From the NCBI RefSeq assembly GCF_006345805.1, contig NC_042997.1, forward strand, positions 130,200,001 through 130,264,000: DNA of 64,000 nucleotides, in the 5' to 3' direction. The stretch comes from Octopus sinensis. Taxonomy: Eukaryota. Both the position numbers and the translations under genes were made by a program. Positions 46,960 through 58,720 of this stretch are shown piece by piece; within the stretch, counting starts at the first letter, position 1, and every line of letters begins with the position of its first letter. A model generated the notes under the pieces. That model saw only the letters and a list, made by a program, of their open reading frames with translations, had not been told where the DNA came from and searched no databases.

Positions 46960-49912
46960 TATTATCTGAATTTTATAGTATTCAATAGAAAAAAAACTAC
47001 AGCAACTCAGGGAAACTAAACCAGAACAACCTGCCATCCTCTACACACCATCATAAACTGCAAGCAGAGTACAAATTGTTGTCCTTAAATGCTCGCAGTT
47101 TATGCAACAAAATACTTTTGTTCAACTCCTACGTCAAAAGTATTGACCCTGACTTCATCACTGTCATGGAAACATGGGCACATTCCTTACTCTGTGATGG
47201 GGTTTTCAACATTACTGGGTACAACCTCTTCCGCAAGGACCGCATTAACCGCCGTGGTGGTGGTGTGATGGTCTACGTTCGTTCAAATTTTTCGGTAATT
47301 CCTTGTGCTGATTTGAACGAATCACAAGAAGAAGTTTTTTTCTGTGACGTATGTATGACCATGTCAACACTCCTGCTTGGTGTTGTTTATCGTCCCCCAA
47401 ATTACCATCAAGACACACAGCTTTGCGATATCCGAGCTGCTGCCAGGAAAACAGCTACTTATGTTTTTATTGCATATGATTTCAATCATCCGGAGATCAA
47501 TTGGGAAACCTTCCATTGGCCACAGAGTGCAAACGATTTTGTTGAGCTTGTACTGGACTCAAACTGGTCTCAAGTAGTCACCTCTCCAACAAGAGGCGAC
47601 AACACCTTGGACCTGCTCTTCACCACAACTCCTGAAGCGGTTATCAATTGTACTACAGAGGAACCTCTAGGTGACTCTGATCATGCTATGATCATCGCCA
47701 ATCTGGCTCTTGCGGGCAACAACAAAAACCTGAACCATCTCCAATCTGCTTCCTTCGATTAGAAGAGAGCAGATTGGAACCTGTACCACACTGAATTACA
47801 GCACCCAAACTGGCGTGAATTCTACAACTCTGGAGATGTGAATAATATACTGCAGAGTATCCTGGACTCAATACGGGCAGCATGTGCAGCATCAGTGCCA
47901 CATAAACAGAAAAATAAGAACCGCCCCAAAAGGCAATTTGGGAAACTTCAGTGGTCCGACTTGCCAGGAAGGAACATCGGACTGCTGAACGGGAATACAA
48001 GTTGCATAAATCAGACACCAACAGGAAAAAGCGGAATAAATCTTCCAACCATCTCAAGCAACTGACAAAAAAAGCAGTGCTTGAATTTGAACAGTGCATA
48101 GCAGCCAATCCTGACAGCAAGGTTTTCTGGAAATATGTGCATTCGAAGCAGAGACCTCACTCTCCAGTGGGCCCTCTTCGCAACCCTCACACAAACCAGA
48201 TCACTGACGATCCCAAGGAATGCACAGAACTCATTGCCGAGTGCTATGCAAACATATGCACTGTTGAAAATCAAAATGTACCATCTTCACCATCTCTAAC
48301 AGCAAATTCCATAACAACTATGGAATTTACACCTGCAATGCTGCGGCGTCACCTTCAAAATAAGCGCAACTATGCTTCCCCTGGTCTTGATGGAGTTACA
48401 TACCTGCTTCTCAAACATGGCAGGTACTTCCTTTTACACCAGCTTTCTATTTTTTTCCAGTACTGTCTCAACAATGGTGCTACTCCGGAGCAGTGGAAAA
48501 CTGCCAGTGTCATTCCTCTGTTCAAAAAGGGCGACCGCACATCACCTGTCAACTATCACCCAGTCAGTCTCACTAGCTGTATTGCAAAACTGATGGAATC
48601 ATGTGTCAGAGAAACACTTTGGAACTTCTGGAGCTCTCACAGTCTCATCCGACCCTCACAATATGGATTTGTCCCTAACTCCAGCTGCAGTGATCAGCTT
48701 GTCGAGTTCCTTGAGGATATTACTCAGATCACTGGCAGTGGCTCATGGGTGGATGTTGTCTACCTTGACTTTGCTAAGGCTTTCAACTCTGTGCCACACA
48801 AAAGGCTTATGGTGAAACTCTCTGCAATGGGTGTGAGGGATGATCTTTTTAACTGGTTGAAATCCTTCATTCTCAGCCGAAAGGAGGTAGTCACAGTTCT
48901 AGGACAGCATTCTACACCATATGAGATGTCATCGGGTGTACCACAGGGATCTGTCCTTGGTCCCCTCTTGTTTGTGGCATACATTAATGACATAGATGCC
49001 AATTTAAAGAATGCCACAGTATTGAAATATGCAGACGACATCAAGCTGTACCTTGAAATCAAGAGGATAGATCCTGTTGTCTACAGCTCTTTCCTGCAAT
49101 CAGACCTGGACACAATGCAGCAATGGATCACAGACTGGCAACTGAAACTGGCTGTGGACAAGTGTACCACCATGCATTTTGGGAGAAAAAACCCTGCGTC
49201 CACATACTCCCTCCACAACACTGATATCAAGAAATCCTCTTGCGAGCGTGACCTAGGCATCACTATCAGCAGTGATATGCGTTGGACAAAGCATATCTCT
49301 AAAATTGTCAAGAAGGCCGAGGGTGTCTTGGCATCACTCAGCAAGACTTTTGTTAGACGCTCTCCAGCCATCTATTTAAAACTGTATACAGCTATGGTAC
49401 AACCACACTTGGAATTCACATCATCAGTTTGGAACCCCTATCTTGCTCAGAACATTGACCTCCTGGAATCTGTTCAGAGACGTGCAACCAAACGCATACC
49501 CTCCATCAGACACCTACCATACTCTGAGCGCCTTGTTTCCTTGGGCATGGATTCACTGAAGCTCCGGCATCTGGCGATGGACTTAGTAAGCACCCACAAA
49601 GTTATCAACCACCTCACCAACAACAACACTGAACACCTTTTTTATCTCCATGTGCCTAACACACATGGACATGACTACAAAGTCAGAAAACAACACAGCT
49701 CCCATGACTTTCGGAAACATTTTTTCACGCTCAGAGTTGCTGAAGCATGGAACAAACTGCCTGCGTCAGTTGTTGACTGCCATGACACTGCATCCTTTAA
49801 GGCCCTCATGCTTTCTGAAATCCGCCGAAACTACACCTGATTATACATACACTTTAGATGAGTTGTAGTGCACCTGAGCACTGTACACAATGTTTTTATT
49901 ATTATTATTATT
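46960..49912 (+). mobile_element. Second CR1/L2-group LINE (APE with stop, open 629-aa RT frame)
   Basis: APE 47076-47762 has SLNARSL, VMETW, GGGVMVY and GDSDH. RT 47951-49840 has QYGF, YLDFAKAF, GVPQGSVLGP and YADD. Ends in an (ATT)n tail at about 49900-49912. Confidence 0.93.
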
Positions 49913-49920
49913 TTAAATAT

Positions 49921-50017
49921 CCATCACGACTGATCTACCAATCAGTTTTGCACAAAGAATATGATGAAGTGTTGGTTAACAATCTGATTATATAACTTTA
50001 CACTCATCAGAGATAGC
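49921..50017 (-). ncRNA. Degenerate type I hammerhead ribozyme at the 3' end of the Penelope-like element
   Basis: On the minus strand: GCTATCT CTGATGA GTGTAAAG..(38 nt)..CTTTGTGC AAAAC TGAT-TGGTAG-ATCA GTC GTGATGG. The CUGAUGA core, stem III and GUC triplet are intact, but GAAA has become AAAA. Confidence 0.65.
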
Positions 50018-52010
50018 CAATATGGAAGGGAATATGGTGACTGCTCTCTATTGTCAGAAATGGATTAGCACAACCAGTCAGCGGCTGGTGTGAAAAAAGT
50101 GGTGAAACAAAAAAGGGTTCAGGGGATTGGGTTAGGAGTTATGTCCCTTGGTTGGGTATGCTGTGAAGCTTGCAAGAGTTATCTTGAAGTGGGGAAAGTG
50201 TATATTATTATTGTGGTGTCCCTGCAGGGCCGGGGGGGGGGGAGTATGTGTAGCAGTGTCATATGTATAATTTTTTCCAGGGGGTGTAAATATATATAGC
50301 TGTATCCATTGGTCTATTTTGTTTCTGTAAAGGATAAAGTCATAGGGAGGGGGGGTTATATTAGTGTGTGGTGTGTAATGTGTGTATGTGGGGGCACAAT
50401 TTGCGTGAGTGGGTATGTGTTGGGATGGGGTGGGGGATAGTTATTTGTGGGGTATCTGCCTTATAGGGATGTGCGTGTGTGTACATGGGTGTATTGGTAC
50501 ATGCTTTGGTTAAACTCTTTTTGCCAGGCACAAGTGCATTGGTGGAAGATCAAGGCAGGGGACCTGTGGTAGCAGTCATGGTGGGGTGCACAGGTACGAT
50601 AGAATGTACTTCCTTTCATGTGGGCAAGGATTAACCACCTCACTTCTGCCATTTAGGTAAACATCCAGGCGTTGGGTACCTTTTAAAACCACTCTCTTCT
50701 CAGCTAGGCATAATCTGTACTTCCTGCTACTGTTGAAGTATGGTTTGCATCTTTCTAGGATCTTCCACATTATACTCCATGGTGCTTTCTTTCAAAGCCC
50801 AGACATGCTTGGCTAGGGTTGTATTGTTATGTCTCTCTGGGATGTTGAATGAGGACTTGTGGTTATCAAAGTGGATTTTGAAGGGGCCTTCTGTTGCCCC
50901 CACATATTTCTGCATGCTCAGTTGTCCATTGAGTTCTGTTGCTGTTACTTCTGCCTCGTAAATAACTGTTTCTGTGTTGCAGTGGCTGATCAGTGGACAG
51001 TTTGTGTTACTCCTGCATGAGCATCCTGCCTCAGTCTCGGACGTGGGCTTACCTACTAAAATCTTTTTTACACTAGGTGTACAGCTAAAGGATAATCTCA
51101 GGGTATGGCTATTAAATATTTTGTTGAATCTTTTGGTACAAGGAAAGTGCATATCAACTAAACTAAGAAAAGTCTTACCTTTTCTGGTCCTAACATTTAA
51201 AGAGAATGGTAGTGTAAACCACAGTACTTTCCAATGACACTTTCTCTTGGTGAGGCTAGGGTCTGGCATGTAACTAATGCCATCCTTGAAACTGCTGGCA
51301 GCCAGGACCCAGTTGCAGTATGGGGCAGCAGCATCAAAGATCTTTTTGCTTTGAAGACAAGCTGGAGATTCTCCTGCTGATGCCCTTAACCAGGTTCCTG
51401 AACACTATGGCTGGATGGCAGGAACCTGTGTTAATGTAAGACAACTTCTTGTTTGGTTTCCTAAAGGGCCTAAAGGTACCTGATGCCAGGTCCAGGGCCA
51501 TGTCAAATAAGTCTACCATTTTCAAGTTGGTCTCTATAGTGACCTTCAGTCCGAAGGAGTTCATGGTGTGAGGTCCTTTCTGAGTATATCTAGCAAGTGG
51601 CCATTAGCCTCTCTTGATATTGCCAGCACATCATCCCTGTAGAGGCCAAAGCTAATAGAAAGGAATTTATTTTTTAGTATATCTATGATGAAGAAACTGG
51701 CTAGGTTACACACACCCACACTGTCAAAAGCACCCATTGCCATGTTGAAGAAGCCCTCTGGGTCAGTGTGTTTAGTCCAAGCAGTCCCCTTACTGAAGAG
51801 TAGGTACTTCTGACATGCATGATAAGGCATATGTCCTCATTGTTGACTTCAGTGTGGTCCTTGGTGAAGTTCAGTGCCTATAACAGGTGCTCCTTTGATA
51901 TAAATGGGTAGAAGTCCACTATATCAAATTAGGTAAACCTATCTCTACCCCTACTGCTGTTGGCCTTAACCCATGTAATGACTTCGTTGGTGTTGCACTA
52001 CAGGGTGAGG
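49921..52010 (-). mobile_element. Decayed Penelope-like element (RT + GIY-YIG endonuclease; probably Naiad-like)
   Basis: RT remnants FDIVDFYP, MGAFDSVGVCNL and GLYRDD. Endonuclease remnants GCSCRSNTNCPL, VIYEAEVT..KYVGAT..FK..NHKSSF, TTLAKHVWALKE, WKIL..PY, LCLAEK and LNGRSE..CPH. Multiple stops and frameshifts. The subclade is assigned from recalled motif style only. Confidence 0.85.
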
Positions 52011-52200
52011 TCAGAAGCTGAATTACTACAAGAACGAAAAAAGAAATTATTGTTGAAACACTACCAGAATAAGAGAAAAGATTTCAGGTATGGAAGCAAG
52101 GTCTAAAATCAAAGGACCTTAGAGTTAATTTAGCAAAGACCAAAGTATTGGTGAGTAGGAAGACAACAAAAAGAAGTACTCGATCTGGTGAGAGATAATT

Positions 52201-52410
52201 AGTATTTATTTAAAGGTAACACTACATGTATTAAAGCGCTACTAATAGTTTCATATGTTGAGAGAATTCAAACATATTTTTCAGGTGCAAACCACATATC
52301 ATAACAAACTAAAGAAATTGGTTTGCGCCTGAAGAATGTATTTGAGGTTTCACCATATAAAACTATTACTGGCACTTTAATACATGTATTGTGACCTTTA
52401 AATAAATAAT
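52201..52410. ncRNA. Head-to-head pair of degenerate minimal type I hammerhead motifs within an inverted repeat of about 90 bp per arm
   Basis: Minus copy 52236-52288: GCAC CTGAAAA ATATGTT-loop-AACATAT GAAAC TATTA GTA GCGC. Plus copy 52325-52375: GCGC CTGAAGA ... AAAAC TATTA CTG GCAC. The consensus of the two is a canonical core. Confidence 0.7.
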
Positions 52411-52765
52411 ATATATATATATATATATATATATTTAAGATATATTCCATTAAGAATGTATCAGAGTATAGTATAGAGCTCATTCACCCTTAGAATTACT
52501 GAATAGTCTAGATTTTGGCATTCGTCGTGTGTGAAAATAAAATTGACGAAGTGCAGCTGGATCCCATTATACAGGTAAACGGTTGCATAATCAAATACCT
52601 GTATATATGAAGAACTATGTTGTGTTGAAACATTTGTTGTGATTAAAAAAATAACTGTCCAACTGTATTCCTTCCTGTTGACTCTAACTTATTCAATTTA
52701 TATATATATATACACACACACATATGAATTTATGAATTAGTGTTGGAAGATTCCTGATATGTATA

Positions 52766-54787
52766 CATCATCATCATCATCATCGTCGTTTAACATCTGC
52801 TTTCCATGCTGGCATGGGTTGGATGGTTTGACTGAGGACTGGTGAACCAGAAGGCTGCACCAAGCTCAATCTGATCTGGCAAAGTTTCTACAGCTGGATG
52901 CCCTTCCTAATGCCAACCACTCCGAGAGTGTAGTGGGTGCTTTTATGTGCCACTGGCATGAGAGACAGGCAGTTCTGGCAACGACCAAGCTTAAAAGGTG
53001 TTTTTCTATGTGCTACCTGCATGGGAGCCAGTTCGGTAGCACTGGCAACGACCACGCTTGAATGTTGTCTTTCATGTGCCGGTAAGCCAACACTGGCAAT
53101 GATCATGTTCAAATGGTGCTTTTTATGTGCCACCAGCATGGGAGCCAATCTGTGGCCCTGGCAACAATCACTTTCGGATGTGCTTTTAATGTTCCACTGG
53201 CACAAGTGCCAATCAGGTGATACTGTCATTGGCCACATCGGCGATTTTGATTTTGATTTCACTTGCCTCGATAGGTCTTTGCAAGCAAAGTTTATTGTCC
53301 AATGAATGAGGGGTAATCATAAGTGGGCTGGTTACACCCACTGGCATAGGCCACGGGCTATGGTCTCACTTGGCTTGTTGGGTCTTTGCAAGCACAGCAT
53401 ATTTCCAAAGGTCTTGGTCACTAGTCATAGCCTCGATAAGGTCCAATGTTCGAAGGTCATGCTTCACCACCTCATCCCAGGTCTTCCTGGGTCTATCTCT
53501 TTCACAGGTTCCCTCTACTGCTAGGGTGTGACACTTTTCCACACAGCTATCCTCATTCATTCACAATACATGACCATACCAGTGCAGTCATCTCTCTTGC
53601 ACATTACATCTGATGCTTCTTAAATCCAACTTTTTTCTCAGGGCGCTTACAATCTATTGTGTACGCACACTGACATTACACATCCAGTCATCCAGTGGAG
53701 CATACTGGCTTCATTCCTTGTGAGCTTACGCATGTCCTCAGCAGTCACGGCCCATGTTTCACTGCCATGTAGCATAACTGTTCATACACAAGTGTCATAC
53801 AGTCTACATTTTACTCTGAGCGAGAGGCCCTTTGTCACCAGTAGAGGTAAGAGCTCTTTGAACTTAGCCCAGGTTATTCTTATTCTTGCAGCTACACCTT
53901 TAGCGCACCCTCCCCTGCTACTGACTTGGTCACCGAAGTAACAGAAGCTATCAACTACTTCTAGTTTTCCCCCCTGAAATGTGGTGGAAGTTGTTCTCTG
54001 CACATTTTCAGTGTTTATTGCTCCTGAGCATCTGCCACATACAAAAACTATGTTCCCAGTTAGCCTTCCTTTGATATTGCTGCACCTCTTATGTGTCCAT
54101 AGCTTGCACTGGATACATCTTATAGAGTTTCTACCTATGCTTTTTCTACAGATCGAGCAGGGCCATCTACCTGAAGGGATTTGTGGTTTGTCTGCCTTCC
54201 TACTTATTAGGACTTTGGTTTTAGCTAGGTTGACTCTAAGGCCCTTCGACTCTAAACCTTGTTTCCACATCTGAAGCTTCTCCTCTAGTTCTAATAGTGA
54301 CTCAGTAATTACAGGCAGGTCATCAGCATAGAGGAGCTCCCAGGGGCATCCTGTCTTGAATTCCTCTGTTATTGCCTGGAGGACTATGATAAATAGTAGG
54401 AGGCTGAGGACTGAACCTTGGTTGACCCCTACCTTTACCCAGAATTCTTCACTGTACTCGTTGCCAACCCTCATTATTACCTTACTGACAGCATCCCTGT
54501 ACATGGCTTGCACAGCTCTCACTAACCATTCATCTATCTCTAGTTTCCTCATTGACCACCTGATAAGGGATCGAGGGACCCTATCAAAGGCTTTTTCCAT
54601 GTCAACGAAAGCCAAGTACAGAGGTTTATCTTTTGCTAGGTATTTCTCCTGCAGCTGTCTTACCAAGAAATATAGCATCATTGGTGTTTTTCCCTGGCAT
54701 GAACCCAAACTGCATCCCATTTAAACTGACTCTCTCCCTAATTAGTTGGGCTATGACCCTCTCTGTGACCTTCATTACCTGATCCAA
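52766..54787 (-). mobile_element. 5'-truncated RTE LINE (RT C-half + PHD-like finger + 3' UTR)
   Basis: ORF 53782-54720 has RQLQEKYLAK, AFVDMEKAFD, LLYADD and WPCSICRK..CIQC..HKRC..CGRC. The 3' UTR and (GAT)n tail end at 52766. The 5' end abuts (TACA)n. Confidence 0.92.
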
Positions 54788-54823
54788 TACATACATACAT
54801 ACATACATACATACATACATACA

Positions 54824-54881
<58 letters not shown>

Positions 54882-54988
54882 CATATATATATTTAATCAT
54901 ATCAAAGGGAAATGGAAATTAATTAAAATTTACATTTCCAGTGGTCTAACGTGTAAAAAGTTTAGTCAAGAAGACTATATAGTAGTCA

Positions 54989-55211
54989 TACGATATAGTG
55001 TATATTTAAACGCATAAGGAATCCACTTATGGGAATTCAATACACTAGAAAGAACAGCTAGGTTCTATAACCACAAAAATTAGGGATAAAATTCAACAGG
55101 AACGAATTGGAAATTGAAAAACATTTTTGTGGTTATAGAACCTAGCTGTTCTTTCTAGCGTGTTGAATTCCTATAAGTGGATTCCTCATGTGTTTAAATA
55201 TACACTATATC

Positions 55212-55214
<3 letters not shown>
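54989..55214. repeat. Inverted repeat with 92-bp arms (MITE-like, TA at both ends)
   Basis: 54989-55080 is the reverse complement of 55123-55214 with five mismatches, all transitions. Spacer is 42 bp. Confidence 0.9.
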
Positions 55215-55291
<77 letters not shown>

Positions 55292-57477
55292 TATACATAC
55301 ATACATACATTCATACATATATACACACTTACTTTTCAGTGAAGGTAAGATCAACAAAAATGTACCCCATCCGTTGAGAGATAAATATTATTTAACGTAC
55401 ACAGTATATAATTATGAGTTAGTAATAGTTTCGCACATTGAAGAAATCATCTAGGCAGGTTTCAAAACACCTTAGTGTCTTCAAGTAGTCTACAGGCTCT
55501 GGGCACATGGACTATACAGGTTACTAATCAGTACATTAGAACAAGAGAAATCATGAAGAAAAATGAAATAAAGCTGGGTTGACATGCACGTCAGGCTTCT
55601 TTCGGTTTCCATCCACCAAATTCCCTGACAAAGCTGTAATCAACCTGGAGTTGAAGACTTATCCAAGGAACAATGCAGGGAGAATTAACCTAGAGTCATG
55701 TAGTTCAGAAGTAAGCTGCTTAACCATGCCCATGCCTATGTGACACTGATATGACCAAAATAATCTGGGTCATGTCTGTTTATATTGACATATTTCAATC
55801 TACAAAGATATACTTAATAATGAACTTATTGTAATTCAGGTGCGCTACAACTCATCAAAATTGCATTGACAATTCCCAGAAAAAACAGAAAATTGAACAG
55901 TAAATGAGTCATAAAAAAAAGAAGAAAATTGCTGTTTGTATATCTAGTATGTAGGTGACATACATATATATTTACACCATTTGCAAATCTACTACGTAAG
56001 TCAAATCCACCAATCACCTCCTTTTTACCCCTTCTCTCTTCTGTACTGTTCTCCATCATTAACACTTCAATTATTTGCTATCACCTTTAATGCCCTCTCA
56101 TATCTACTGCAAACCCTACGGTAAGCCTCTTTTAGGCTTCTCTCCATCATTTGCTACGATCAGAGGCGACTGTGCTGGTATGGTTATGTGATGTGTATGG
56201 ACAAGGACAGCTGTGCATAGAAGTGCCGATCTCTCACTGTGGAGGGAATCTGAGGTAGAGGTAGACCCAGGAAGACATGGGCGAGGTGGTGAAGTATGAT
56301 CTTCAAACTTTGGGCCTCACAGAGGCAATGACTAGTGACTGAGACCTTTGGCGATATGTTGTGCTTGAGAAGACCCGTCAAGCCAAGTGAAATCATAGTT
56401 GTGGCTGATGATGGTGTCACACGTCTGGCATGTAAAAAGCAACTTTTGAGTGTAGGGCTTCACAAAGGCAATGTGGCTGAGCTCTTTTCGAGTGTTGGGC
56501 CTCATGGAGGCAGTGACTGAGACCTTTGATATTATGTCATGCTTGAGAAGAAGACCCATCAAGCTGAGCAAAATTGCAGTTGTAGCAGATACCAGCATCA
56601 CGCATATGGCACCCATGCGGGTGCATGTAAAAGCACCCATTACATTCTTGGAGTGGTTAGCATTGGGAAGGGCATCCAGCCATAGAAACCGTGCCAAATC
56701 ACACTGGAGTCTGGTGCAGCCTTCCAGCTTGCCAGCCTTGGTCAAACCATCCAACCCATGCCAGCATGGACAACAGACATTAAATGATGATAATGAGGAT
56801 CTCTATCCTGCCCTCTCACCCATGCTAAACCTGTGTATCACTTCACCTATTCTCACCACTCCTAAGTCCCTTGAAAGCATGTCCCAACTAATTTTTGCTC
56901 TTATCTGCCTCACTATTGTTCTCCTTATCTTACTCTCTAACTCTCCTTTCCTTTCCAAATAGGGTCTCCATGTATCTACAGCAAGACACCTATGTCTCTC
57001 CCTCTATTCTTTTAACCTTGATGTGTTTTACCATTTTTTTTGTCTTTTTTCTCTTGCAAGGTATTTGGTGACCCTGCCAGTGATGGTTCCATATAAAAAG
57101 CACTGGTACTGGTGTCACATAAAAAGCACTGGTGATGGTGTCAAGTAAAAAGCATTCAGAACACTGTAAAGTGGTTGATGTTAGAAAGAACATCAAGCTG
57201 TAGAAATCATGCCAAAACAGACAGTGGAAACTTGTACAGCTTCTGGCCTTGCCAGATTCAGTCAAACCATCCAACCCATGTTAGCTGGAAAATGATGATG
57301 ATGATGATGATGAAACTTTAAGTAATGGATCAAACATATTACATACAAAAAGCATTTAATCATCAAAATATATTCCATCATATTCTATTATCTGTTGCCA
57401 TCATTGTGCTAGATGCTCAATTCCATGCTTTTACCATTTGGTTGGTTTAGTGGCAAGAAACTCCCTACACTTTGAAG

Positions 57478-57880
57478 GCAGTGAGCTGGCAGAAACGTTA
57501 GCATGCTGGGTGAAATGCTTAGCGGTATTTCGTCTGCTGCTACATTTTGAGTTCAAATTCCGCCCAAGTCAACTTTGCCTTTCATCTTTTTGCGGTCGAT
57601 AAAATTAAGTACCAGTTACGCACTGGGGTCGATGTAATCGACTTAATCTGTTTGTCTGTCCCCTCTGTGTTTAGCCATTTGTGGGTAGTAAAGAAATAGG
57701 CATTTCGTTTGCCGTTACATTCTGAGTTCAAATTCCGCCGAGGTCGACTTTGCCTTTCATCTTTTCGGGGTCGATAAATTAAGTACCAGTTACGCACTGG
57801 GGTCGATGTAATCGACTTAATCCGTTTGTCTGTCCTTGTTTGTCCCCTCTATGTTTAGCCCCTTGTGGGCAATAAAGAAA
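57478..57880 (+). mobile_element. tRNA-derived SINE, family A, inserted in the mariner
   Basis: GGCAGTGAGCTGGCAGAAACG head, GAGTTCAAATTCCGCC B box and a doubled body. Imperfect flanking repeat aactccctacactt / aattccttacactt. Confidence 0.85.
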
Positions 57881-58512
57881 TGAAAAATTCCTTACACTTG
57901 TTTACAGTCTTATTGTTGAACTTTTGTCTGTGTAGGAAACGAGCTATTGCTCAGAAAAGGTGATAATCTAGCGGTGTAAGGTCTGGACTGTAGGCAGAGT
58001 GAGGCAGCATTTTCAACCCCTCAAGTTTCTCAAGCTTACGTTTGGTCACATTGGCAGTGTGTGCTGAGGCATTGTAATATTGTAGGACAGTGCATCTTTG
58101 ATTGACCAATGCTGGGTAGCAGGCTTTCAAAACATCATATACTCACTTCAGTTGTTGAGCATAAAACTTAACATTCACAACATGATCATCTGAGATGAGC
58201 TCAAAGTGTAACATCCTCTTGAAATTCCACCAAACACATAACATAGCCTTCTTGTTTGACAACTGGCTCTGAAGCTTGGTCAGAAAGAAGCTACTGATTT
58301 CTCATACTAGGATTATGAAAATAGTTACATTTTTTATCTCTAGTTACAAGTTAATGTCAAAAATGGGCATCTGAAGGATTTGCCAGCAGGTGTTTGCAAA
58401 TGTTCAGTTCATGAGGAACTTCTTGACTGCATCTCTTCATAAGTCCGAGCTTATGGAGGTGTTGTCTGATGGTGTTTTTGAAAGACCAAGTCCTACTGAC
58501 AATGTATAAGTG

Positions 58513-58720
58513 ATGTTGTTGTTGTTAAGCAACAAGACAGGTAAGGGTGATTAGGTGATGGTCTAGGGCTTAGGGGTGGGAGACCCCAAACCTTCGAAAA
58601 AAAAAAAACTTTGGTCGTCTTGTTGTAGTCGAGGGCTCTTTGTTGATGCCCGACACCATTGGGAGGTGGCCCTTGAAATCGCTGCAAATGGAGATCTCCA
58701 GGTCCAAATTCTCGAATGGC
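58513..58720 (-). mobile_element. 208-bp retroposed insertion with (AAC)n tail and 11-bp TSD
   Basis: ATGTATAAGTG is duplicated at 58502-58512 and 58721-58731. The minus-strand 3' end is ttaacaacaacaacat. Removing the insert restores mariner colinearity. Confidence 0.8.

Noticed and set aside
55826-56165. Purine-rich minus ORF (MLMMENSTEERRGKKEVIGG) and nearby GT donors
   Set aside because: There are stops in all extended frames, no recognisable domain and no consistent exon boundaries.
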